NCBI GenBank assembly: GCA_034423035.1
Contig: DAOUJF010000011.1
Location: 9,238-73,237, forward strand
Reading direction: 5' to 3'
Length of the DNA: 64,000 nucleotides
From: Dehalococcoidia bacterium
GTDB lineage: Bacteria; Chloroflexota; Dehalococcoidia; Lucifugimonadales; VXLM01
This document shows positions 44,256 through 53,000 of this stretch, one piece after another. Under the pieces are notes generated by a model. That model searched no databases. It saw nothing but the letters and a program-made list of their open reading frames with translations, and had not been told where the DNA came from. Numbering within the stretch: position 1 is the stretch's first letter; the number at the start of each line of letters is the position of its first letter. Both the position numbers and the translations under genes were made by a program.

Positions 44256-44394
44256 AAGGCAACCACAAGGGTTACCCCTACGACGGGTTGGCCGGGGGTT
44301 GTTTTCTGAGGGTGTCTCTAGGGCGTTCCGTTCACCCTGAGCCTGTCGAAGGGTGTCAGCGTCGTTCATGGTTCGACAAGCTCACCACGAACGG
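44256..44394. repeat. Mosaic of REP-like palindromes
   Basis: ggcaaccacaagggttacccctacg, ccgttcaccctgagcctgtcgaagggt and catggttcgacaagctcaccacgaacgg in tandem. Confidence 0.7.
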
Positions 44395-44459
44395 TATTGT
44401 CGGGCCTTTTGGGAATGCTCTCAGAAGAATGCTCTCTACTTGCTCCACCCGCAGCCTCG

Positions 44460-44488
44460 TTGACACCCCATACCCCCTGTGCTACATT
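44460..44488 (+). promoter_or_regulatory. Sigma70-type promoter for the Rdx gene
   Basis: TTGACA, 17 nt, TACATT with a TGn extension. Confidence 0.6.
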
Positions 44489-44522
44489 CGGCTCCATACA
44501 ATCTCGTGTCGGGAGGCGCCGA

Positions 44523-44792
44523 ATGGCAATGGAAGGCAAGATCGCGATAGACATTGAGTACTGCGTTCCCTGAGGCTACCACAACGAAGCTGCCTGGATG
44601 GTCAGCGAATTTTTTGCGGCAGGTGGAGCGGACACGGCGATCACTCTGATCCCCGGAGACGCAGGAGTCCTCACGGTAACCGTCGACGGTGAGACCATCT
44701 TCGATAAGAGCGCGGAGGGCGGACATCCCAACCTCGACCGCGTCAAAGAGATGAAAGCCGTCGTCGAGAACAAGGTCGCGGCGCTCGGATAA
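44523..44792 (+). CDS. Rdx family (SelW/SelT/SelH-like) selenoprotein, UGA read as Sec
   Basis: GGAGG RBS, then ATG 44523 encoding MAMEGKIAIDIEYCVP, TGA at 44571, then GYHNEAAWMVSEF... in the same frame as ORF 44598-44792. CxxU motif with a downstream hairpin. Confidence 0.85.
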
Positions 44793-44806
44793 CTCCCGAA
44801 GACCGG

Positions 44807-45754
44807 CTAGAGATATGTAATCGGCCCCGAGCTCGCGAGGCCCAAGCTGTTCGCGAGCTCCAGCAGGATGCCGTCCTTCAGTCCCACCCTGGGAATGGCG
44901 AGGTTGCTCGCCCATACGGTGTTCATAAGGGCCTGCACGACTATGATCGCCGGATAGATTACGTCCGCGCGGTCAGGGCGTAGGCGCAGTTCCTTCTGCC
45001 TCCCCTTCAGGCTCAGGGACTCAAGTTGCGTCTGGATGCGCTGGAGGTCGCCCGACGATGCGAAGGAGGTCGCCTTCCTCCCTACGCGCTTGCCCGTCAG
45101 ATCGGCGATGCTCTCGACGTTCCCGCCCGTACCGACGAGTCTACCGACCAGGTGGTGGCCGAGGACACCCGTCGTCCAGTCCCGCGTCTCGCTCTTGATC
45201 TCCTCGATCTGATCCATGAAGTCGGAGAAGCCGCGCTCAGGATCGTTCAGAACCTGAAGCATCCGGACCGTGCCCACTTTCAGGGTGCGGCTGTCGATGA
45301 GTACGCCGCCGGAGGTCAGGGTCACCTCCACGCTTCCGCCGCCAATATCGACCAAGACGGCCTCGCCCTCGGATATGTCGACCTTCCGGGATACCGCAAG
45401 GTGCACCAGCCGTGCCTCCTCGAGGCCGCCTATCACGTTCACCTCGATGCCCGCCTTCGCGCGTATGCGGTCGAGCAGATCGTCCCGGTTCTCCGCCTCG
45501 CGGAGGGCGCTCGTTCCTACGGCGATGGTATGCTCGACACCCCACTCGTCGATGGTCTCGCGGAAACGCCCGAACGCAGCCGTGGCCGCCTTGATTATCT
45601 TGCGGGACATCCGACCGCCGGCGAACACGTCCTTGCCGAGTCGCACGGCCTCGCGACTGTTCTTCACCACCTCGACCCCGCCGTTCCTGCCGGCCCTCCC
45701 TACAACGAGACGCATAGCGTTGGAACCGGCGTCGATGGCGGCTAACGTCGTCAT
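44807..45754 (-). CDS. Ppx/GppA phosphatase family protein (no C-terminal HD domain)
   Basis: AAIDAGSNAMR, VRLG, TSALREA.N, EEARL, DIGGGSVE, GTGG, RADVI and GLKDG. Start moved to ATG 45754. Confidence 0.9.
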   Translation of the reverse strand: MTTLAAIDAGSNAMRLVVGRAGRNGGVEVVKNSREAVRLGKDVFAGGRMSRKIIKAATAAFGRFRETIDEWGVEHTIAVGTSALREAENRDDLLDRIRAKAGIEVNVIGGLEEARLVHLAVSRKVDISEGEAVLVDIGGGSVEVTLTSGGVLIDSRTLKVGTVRMLQVLNDPERGFSDFMDQIEEIKSETRDWTTGVLGHHLVGRLVGTGGNVESIADLTGKRVGRKATSFASSGDLQRIQTQLESLSLKGRQKELRLRPDRADVIYPAIIVVQALMNTVWASNLAIPRVGLKDGILLELANSLGLASSGPITYL

Positions 45755-45824
45755 GAAGCTCCCGTGGGCTGAGGCGTCGGAGGCATTGTACACCGTTCGC
45801 GCCGACACGCGGACGGGAATTCAC

Positions 45825-46979
45825 CTACCAATTCGTCAGCGATCCGTCCTTCCGTCGCAGGTGCGGGGCCTCCCAGAAGCGGAACTCGTACTCCTTCAGA
45901 GCATCTTCGTTCACCTCGACACCGAGACCGGGTGTTGTCGGAACGGGGTACCGTCCCTGCTCCACGTGCGGCCTGATTGGGAACATCTCGTCGTCGAACA
46001 GGTCTGCGCCGTCCGGGGTGACGCGGGACTCCAGCCACGAGAAGTTGGGCACCGCCGCGCCGAGGTGCACCGATGCGGCGGTGCATACGGGTCCCAGAGG
46101 GTTGTGCGGCATGAGGTCTATGTAGTGCGCCTCGCACCAGCCGGCGACCTTCATCGACTCCGTGAACCCTCCTATGTTGCAGATGTCGATCCGAGCGTAC
46201 TGCGTCAGCCCCTCTTCGACGTACGGCAGGAACTGCCACTTCGACGACATTTCCTCTCCGATGGCGAACGGGACATCGGTCATCGTCCGTAGGGCCCGGT
46301 AGGCTGCGGGTGTTTCATCGCGGATCGGCTCCTCCAGGAAGTCGAGCGTACCGGACGGCATCTTCTGGCAGAACGAGGCCGCCTCCGCCACGCTGAGCCG
46401 GTGGTGGTAGTCGATGCCGAGGACGATGCGGTCGTCGATGGCCTCCCGCGCCTCGATCAGCCACTCAGCAGTCTCCGCAATCGACTCGCGGGGCTCGAAG
46501 ACGCGCTTGTCGCTGTTCGTCAGCCACTCCCAGTTCAGCCGGACGCACTGCCAGCCGTCATCGACGAAGGCCTGCGCCTCGGCAAGGGAGGCGTCCCTGT
46601 CCGACTGGTTCGTGGTCGCGAAGCCGGGCACGAAGTCGCGGTGCTTGCCTCCCAGAAGCTGGTAGACGGGAACACCCAGCGCCTTGCCCCTGACGTCGTG
46701 GAGGGCGATGTCGATGGCGGAGATTGCCCCCGTCAGGATGCGGCCCCCCTCGAAGTACTGGCTGCGGTACATGAGCTGCCAGAGGGCACCGGCGTTCATC
46801 GGGTCCATGCCGATGAGGAACTCCCGGTAGTGCTTCACCGCACCCACCACGGCAAGCTCACGGCTCGAGACCCCGGACTCTCCCCAGCCGTAGACGCCCT
46901 CGTCGGTCTCGATCTTTACCAGCATCACGTTTCGTCTGCCGGCCCAGATTGGGTAGGGCTTGATGTCGGTGATCTTCAT
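45825..46979 (-). CDS. Mandelate racemase family, galactonate dehydratase-like acid-sugar dehydratase
   Basis: TDEGVYGWGE, AISAIDIALHD..GK, DYH, EEP, GEE, HNPLGP and PGLGVEVNE. Confidence 0.9.
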   Translation of the reverse strand: MKITDIKPYPIWAGRRNVMLVKIETDEGVYGWGESGVSSRELAVVGAVKHYREFLIGMDPMNAGALWQLMYRSQYFEGGRILTGAISAIDIALHDVRGKALGVPVYQLLGGKHRDFVPGFATTNQSDRDASLAEAQAFVDDGWQCVRLNWEWLTNSDKRVFEPRESIAETAEWLIEAREAIDDRIVLGIDYHHRLSVAEAASFCQKMPSGTLDFLEEPIRDETPAAYRALRTMTDVPFAIGEEMSSKWQFLPYVEEGLTQYARIDICNIGGFTESMKVAGWCEAHYIDLMPHNPLGPVCTAASVHLGAAVPNFSWLESRVTPDGADLFDDEMFPIRPHVEQGRYPVPTTPGLGVEVNEDALKEYEFRFWEAPHLRRKDGSLTNW

Positions 46980-47010
46980 GTTGTCCTCCTACAAGCTTGA
47001 TGGGGAGCTC

Positions 47011-47877
47011 TTACTGAGGCTGCTCTCCGGTCACCTCGTCTACGAAGTCCTGGAGGGCATCGAAGTAGGGGGGGCCGCCGACGTGGTACGTGTCGTTGTG
47101 TCCGGCTCCCTCGATGGTGTAGAAGCGCTTCGGGCCCTTGGCGGCGGCGTACAACTCGCGGCTCATCGAGAACGGCACGATCTCGTCGCGGTCGCCGTGC
47201 AGGACCATGACGGGCACCTCCACGCGGGCGATCTTCTCAAGCGTATCGTACTTGGTTGTCACGAGGAACTGGAGGCCGGGCAGGAACGGGTAGACGCTCT
47301 TGGTCATCGCCCTGACCGACGTGAAGCCCGACTCGCAGATGAGCGCGCGGGGCGGGTGCTTGATGGCCAACTCGGCCGCGACGGCGCATCCGAGGGAGCG
47401 CCCGAAGTAGATGAGCTTCTCCGAGTCAATGTCGTCGCGGGAGTGGACGTGTGCGATGGCGGCTTCGGCGTCGAGGTAGGTGCCCTCCTCATAGGGCGAG
47501 CCCTCGCTCCGTCCGTAGCCCCGGTAGTCGAAGATGAAGATGTTTACTCCCAGCCTCTCGACCAGCTCTCGGATGTTGCCGACGCGGTGGCTGATGTTGC
47601 CGCCGTTGCCGTGGAACCAGACGAGCGTTGCGTCGCCTCCGCCTGTGACGAACCAGCCGTGGAGGACGACGCCGTCCGATGCCTTGAACCTCACGTCTTC
47701 GAAGTCCAGGCCGTCGTCGCCGGGCGTTGCCTCGATGTCCCTGCTGGGGAAGTAGATGAATGAGCGGTCGACCACGTTCGAGCACCTCAACAGCGCTCCG
47801 ACGACGACGACGGCTATCAGGACGAGGACCGCGCGTCGCAACAGGGCGGCAGCGTATTGCCGATACCGGAGCGTCAT
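47011..47877 (-). CDS. Membrane-anchored alpha/beta hydrolase (ABHD13/BEM46-like)
   Basis: N-terminal TM segment, FHGNGGN, DYRGYG.SEG, GRSLG nucleophile, HGDRD and GAGHND. Confidence 0.88.
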   Translation of the reverse strand: MTLRYRQYAAALLRRAVLVLIAVVVVGALLRCSNVVDRSFIYFPSRDIEATPGDDGLDFEDVRFKASDGVVLHGWFVTGGGDATLVWFHGNGGNISHRVGNIRELVERLGVNIFIFDYRGYGRSEGSPYEEGTYLDAEAAIAHVHSRDDIDSEKLIYFGRSLGCAVAAELAIKHPPRALICESGFTSVRAMTKSVYPFLPGLQFLVTTKYDTLEKIARVEVPVMVLHGDRDEIVPFSMSRELYAAAKGPKRFYTIEGAGHNDTYHVGGPPYFDALQDFVDEVTGEQPQ

Positions 47878-47936
47878 TGCGGCCCATGCTAGCAGAGTGC
47901 TAGCATCGAGGTACAATCGGGAACGAGGGTGTCCAA

Positions 47937-48125
47937 GTGGTTACGATAACGATTCGAAACGTGCCAGACGACCAGATCGCGGCCATCAAGCGGGTCGCCA
48001 ATAGGAATGGTCGCACCATTGAGCAAGAAGTCCTGGAACTCCTAGTCGAGGAATACTCTTCCGAGGCCCCGGCCATGGACAGCAACCCGCGTGGTCCCAG
48101 TTGTAACCGTTCGAGTGACAGCTAG
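47937..48125 (+). CDS. FitA-like ribbon-helix-helix antitoxin (orphan)
   Basis: MVTITIRNVPDD...IKRVA..NGRTIEQEV pattern. No PIN gene follows; the next gene is convergent. Confidence 0.65.
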   Translation: MVTITIRNVPDDQIAAIKRVANRNGRTIEQEVLELLVEEYSSEAPAMDSNPRGPSCNRSSDS

Positions 48126-49558
48126 AGCATTGCGCGGTAGACGGCCTGGCCCTGCTTGAACAGGTCGAGGACTTCCTTGCGCTGGCTGTCGGTGTAGAAC
48201 TTGCCCTTCTTGGCGACCCATTCGAGTGATTTTTCTATGTGGTCGTCGAACCAGCGGGCGGCCTGGGCTCGTTCGGGCGAGGCTGCGCCGGTCCTGACGT
48301 AGACGGGGCTTGTGTGTGCCCAGATGGGCTGGGCAAAGCTGTCGCGAGCGTTGCTGAACAGGCGCGCGGCTATCCAGCCGTCGTTAGGGATGGTCAGGTC
48401 AGCGGTCAAGGTACCGTTCTTGGAGCCGTTGGGATAGGACTCAGCCGCGACGACCCCGCCGTTGAAGATGATCTCGGCGCGGTGTATGGGGTAGTGCGAC
48501 TGCCACGTGGCGTTTGCCGGGAGGGAGCTGCCCGCAGCGGTATAAACCTCGGCTCCGGGCTCCTGGTCAGCCACGGTGAGCCGGAGGGCGGGCCCGTTGG
48601 TGATGAATGTCTTGCCCTGCTTGAGAGCCTGAAGCCAGTCCTCGTAGTCGAAGGCGCTGCCCGTGTCTGCGTAGACCCTGTTTGCGGAGCTGACGAACCA
48701 GTCGGAGCCGGTTGAGGCTGGGAGCTTGAAGCCCGCGTTGAGCATCCGGTAGTAGATGTCGTACTCGGGGTCCATCCACTGGGGGTCGAAGAGGTTGAAG
48801 GCGTCGAGCTTTCCGAGGGCGGCGGCGACTGGGGCCTCCATTCCCTGCCCGTTGTGGCACCAGATGACGATTCCGCCCTGCCGGTGCGTGTCGTCGCAGG
48901 CGTAGGAGAGGGGCGGATAGTCGGGGTCGAAGGCGTCGACGAGGAGGCCGCGGCTGACGGGGTGGACGACGTTGCGGATGTTGAGGAGCATGATGTGGCC
49001 GTAGCCGATGCTGTGGGAAGCGAGAGAGTTGTGGCGGTTTTCCTCGCCGCACTGGACGTAGTAGTGAGTCGAAGAGAACTCGTTGAGGAAGCCGGGGGCG
49101 TACTTGTTGGAGGCGTATTCAAGCTCCCAACGCTTGAGGATGCTGATGGCGGTCATCCGCAGGTCTTCGACGCGGGGGTCGAGGGACAGGCGGTCGTCGG
49201 GGCGCTGCTCCTTCTCGTCGTAGTGGATGTGGGTGTTGCCGGGGTGCCATCCCTGCTCGCCGAGGGCGTTCCACCTCTCCAGCTCCAGATCGACGGCAGT
49301 CGTTCCCTGGAGGGGAGAGTCGACGGTGACCTCGGCGGGGACATACTCGGTGCCGCGCTCGGCGATGACTTTTGTCTTGCCGCGACCCACATCGAGATCA
49401 AACGTGCCGTCGGAGTAGAAGAAGGGCGCGCCGGTACCCACCTTGAGAAGGGCGTCGCTTGGATGCGCGAAGTTCCCGTTGGGGCCGATTACCTGTACCC
49501 GGGCCTCCACCGGCTCGCCGGTCGCCTTGTCGATGATCCGTCCCGTCAGCCTACCCAT
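48122..49558 (-). CDS. CehA/McbA-like PHP-fold metallohydrolase
   Basis: N-terminal beta domain, W.PGNTHIH, GEENRH...GH, WCHNG and ASTGSDW. Confidence 0.8.
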   Translation of the reverse strand: MGRLTGRIIDKATGEPVEARVQVIGPNGNFAHPSDALLKVGTGAPFFYSDGTFDLDVGRGKTKVIAERGTEYVPAEVTVDSPLQGTTAVDLELERWNALGEQGWHPGNTHIHYDEKEQRPDDRLSLDPRVEDLRMTAISILKRWELEYASNKYAPGFLNEFSSTHYYVQCGEENRHNSLASHSIGYGHIMLLNIRNVVHPVSRGLLVDAFDPDYPPLSYACDDTHRQGGIVIWCHNGQGMEAPVAAALGKLDAFNLFDPQWMDPEYDIYYRMLNAGFKLPASTGSDWFVSSANRVYADTGSAFDYEDWLQALKQGKTFITNGPALRLTVADQEPGAEVYTAAGSSLPANATWQSHYPIHRAEIIFNGGVVAAESYPNGSKNGTLTADLTIPNDGWIAARLFSNARDSFAQPIWAHTSPVYVRTGAASPERAQAARWFDDHIEKSLEWVAKKGKFYTDSQRKEVLDLFKQGQAVYRAML

Positions 49559-49723
49559 GGCGTGCTCCTGTCGTGCTTGATCCGGGGAATCCCCGTGTGG
49601 GGTCAGTACGGGAGCCTATGGTACAGGAAGGGCGGGGCGAGCGGGATATGGGGCCACGTTCATGACGTTGCTAATGTCAGGTGTGACCTCGTGGCGATGA
49701 TGGCGGGGGAGATGCCAAGAAGT

Positions 49724-49860
49724 GTAACAATTCGTAACATTCCGCAACATTTTCCTTGTTATTGTAAAGTTCAATACGGGCCACGTGGTATGGTCGGGAG
49801 AGGAACTGTTATTGAGAAAGTCGGATTCAGTGGGACATTCTGGGACATATCGGGACATTT
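49724..49860. repeat. Two arrays of three 10-bp-period direct repeats
   Basis: GTAACAATTC GTAACATTCC GCAACATTTT (49724-49753) and TGGGACATTC TGGGACATAT CGGGACATTT (49831-49860). Confidence 0.7.
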
Positions 49861-50028
49861 CCTTGTATGGAACGGTGGACTCGCTCTCCGGAGTCTTTTG
49901 TATATGAGCTATGTCGGGCTGTTATTAGTATAGTACGGGTGTTCGCTTTGGTCAAATTCGATTATTCCCGCCGGACTGGAAAGGCGACTTCGATCACCTG
50001 TAGCGTGATGAAGAAGGCTATGCGGGGT

Positions 50029-53000
50029 CTAGGAGTCCTCGCAGACCGCTAGACCCAGACTTGCGAAGTCGCTGTCCTCGATAGCGGTCAGTCCGGCAGG
50101 TACGCAGCCGGAGAGTTGGTTGCCGCTGAGCCGCCATTGGACGAGACTGCTCAATTCACCCAACTCTTCGGGAATCTCGCCCGTCAGCCCGTTTTCGCTC
50201 AGCCACAGTCGCTCCAGTTCCTCCAGGCTCCCCAACTCTGCCGGAATCGGCCCGTCCAGCATGTTCCCGTGGAGCCACATGAACCGCAGGTCTTCAAGAT
50301 CGCCAAGCTCAGCAGGGATATTTCCGGTGAGCGCGTTGCGGTGGAGACGCAGTCGCTGGAGGCTGCCCATGTCGCCCAACTCGGATGGGATCGGACCGCT
50401 CAGTTGGTTGGAGTGCAGGTTCAGGTCCCAGAGACTATCAAGGTCGCCTAGCTCCTCGGGGATTTCGCCGGTCAGGTCGTTGCTATATAGCCACAGGTAC
50501 CGCAGGCTTTCCATGTTTCCCAACTCGGACGGGATCATCCCGCCCAAGGGGTTGCGGTGCAGGTACAGGTACTGCAGGTCCGTCATCTCCCCGAACCACG
50601 CAGGGACACCGCCAGTGAGGTTGTTGTCCTGCAGCTTCAACCTAACCAGTGAGGTCATTCCGGTGAGATCGGGTATGGGCCCGCTCAGCTCATTGCCCCA
50701 GAGCCACATTTCTCTCACCTTCGTCAACGTTCCGAGTGATGCCGGCAATTTGCCGCTGAGGTCGTTGTTGGCGAGGTACATTTGCTCCAACGCAGTCATG
50801 CCGCTGACGTCCGGTATCTGCCCGGTCAGTTCATTGCTGTGCAAGTTCAGGACTACGAGGTTGGAGAGGTTGCCCAACTCGGCAGGGATAGGACCGCTCA
50901 GGCCGTTATCGCGGAGGTTCATGTAGGTGAGGTTGGAGAGCCTTCCCAGTTCAGAGGGAATTTCCGCAGTAAGCTCGTTATTGTTTAGGTATAGCCATCG
51001 CAATCTTGCGAGGTTGCCTAACTCGGACGGGATGGGGCCGGTGAGGCCGTTACCGTGAAGGGCGAGCTGTTCCAGTTGGGCGAGGCCGCCAAGTTCCGGC
51101 GGGAGCGAACCGGTCAGGCTGTTTTCACCGAGGTGAAGTGTTTCTAACATTGACAGTCGCCCAATCGCCAACGGCAAGCGACCGCTCAACTGGTTGCCAT
51201 AGAGCTTGAGTATTCTCAGTTCTGACAGGTCGCCTAGCTCAGGCGGTATCTCTCCGGTCAGCCGGTTCTCTGCCAATTCCAGCTGAGCAAGGTTGGCAAG
51301 GCCACCCAATTCCGAGGGTATCTCTCCAGTCAGTTGGTTGTAGGAGAGACGCAGCCCCCCCAAATTGGTTAGGTCGCCGAGTTCTGCAGGAATCGTGCCC
51401 GTTAACTGGTTTTCAGATAGATACAGGCCCCGTAAGTTCGACATGTCGCCAAATTCAACGGGAATTGGCCCGGTCAGCCGGTTTGAAGACAGATCCATGC
51501 GCCACAAGTTCAATAGGTCTCCGAGGGCAGCAGGAATTGTTCCCTCCAACAGGTTCCCGTTGAGTGCCAGACTGCTTAAGTTGGAAAGGTTGCCAAGCTC
51601 AACTGGAATTGTGCCCGCCAACTTGTTGCGGGAGAGATTCATACCCCTAAGACTCACCAACTTGCCAAGATCATTGGGAATCGGCCCCGTCAACCGGTTG
51701 GCACCGAGGTCCAAATAATTGAGGCCTGTCAACCTACCGAGTTCAGGGGGTATGGTGCCTGTCAGTCTGTTGAGGGATAGATTCAGCCTGATTAGGTTTG
51801 ATAGGTTGCCGAGTTCAACTGGAATTGGACCCGTCAATTGGCTAGCGAAGAAATCTAACCTCTGCAAATTCGACAGGTTTCCTAATTCCGGGGGAATTGT
51901 TCCAGTCAGTTGATTACTGAAAAAGTCTAGAGTCCTCAGATTGGACAGGTTTCCTAATTCCGGGGGAATTGGGCCGGTCAACCGGTTGTGGGCGAATCCC
52001 ATCACACTGAGGTTCGACAAATTGCCGAGTTCACCAGGTAGTGGGCCGGTAAACTGATTTCGACCGAGCGTCAATTCCACCAAATTGGCCAAGTTGCCCA
52101 GTTCGCTGGGAATCGTACCTGACAGCCGGTTGTTGAAGAGACTCAGAGTGGTTAACTTCGTCAGGTTGCCCAGTTCTGCCGGGATTGAGCCGTTCACTCG
52201 ACTGTTACCTATTCTAAGGTGCCTCAAGTCTGATAGGTTCCCAAGCTCTCTCGGTATCTCCCCGGATAGCTGTTTCCCATAAAGGGAGAGTGATTCCAAA
52301 TTAGCGAGTTTTCCCAAGGCTGCCGGTATCTCTCCGGTCAACTCCAAACCTGAAGATGTCAATTCTGTGACTCGCAGAGGCCCACCGCCGACGGTGATGC
52401 CGTCCCACTCCTCGATCGCCGTGTCCACCGACCAGTTCAGCGACGCAGTTCCTGCCAGGGTGTCGCGGGAGGCGAGGAGGGCTTCGCAATCTGAGACGAG
52501 GCCTGGGTTGTCTGTGGGATTGGGGACGGCGGCGCCGGAGGAGCAGTCGCTCGGTTCCTCTTCTTCACCGCAGTAGGGAAGGCCAAGATCGGCCAGATCG
52601 TTGCTACGCACATCGCGCCAAGATTCCGGGACGCACCCGGTCAACTGATTTCCGGCGAGGAAGATCCATCCTAGATTAGTTAGATTGCCGAGGGCTGCTG
52701 GTATCTCCCCGGTCAGCCGGTTGTCGGAGAGGTGCAAGGCCCGCAGGTTGCCGAGGCTGCCTAGTTCCGACGGTATGTTCCCCGTCAACTGATTGTCGTT
52801 GAGCCAGAGGTGCTTCAGATTGGACATCCCGCCCAATGCGGTGGGTATCTCACCGCTTAATTCGTTGCCATCCAACTGCAAAATGTCCAAGTTGGAGAGG
52901 TTGCTCAGTGACGCTGGGATCTCTCCGGTCAGCTTGTTGTCGCTCAGATACAGTGACTCCAGGTTGGCTAGGTTGCCTAGCGAGACCGGTATCTCACCAG

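Noticed and set aside
44142-44369. N-terminal extension of the 43200-44369 ORF
   Set aside because: It derives from REP elements. The lipoprotein signal starts at ATG 44141.
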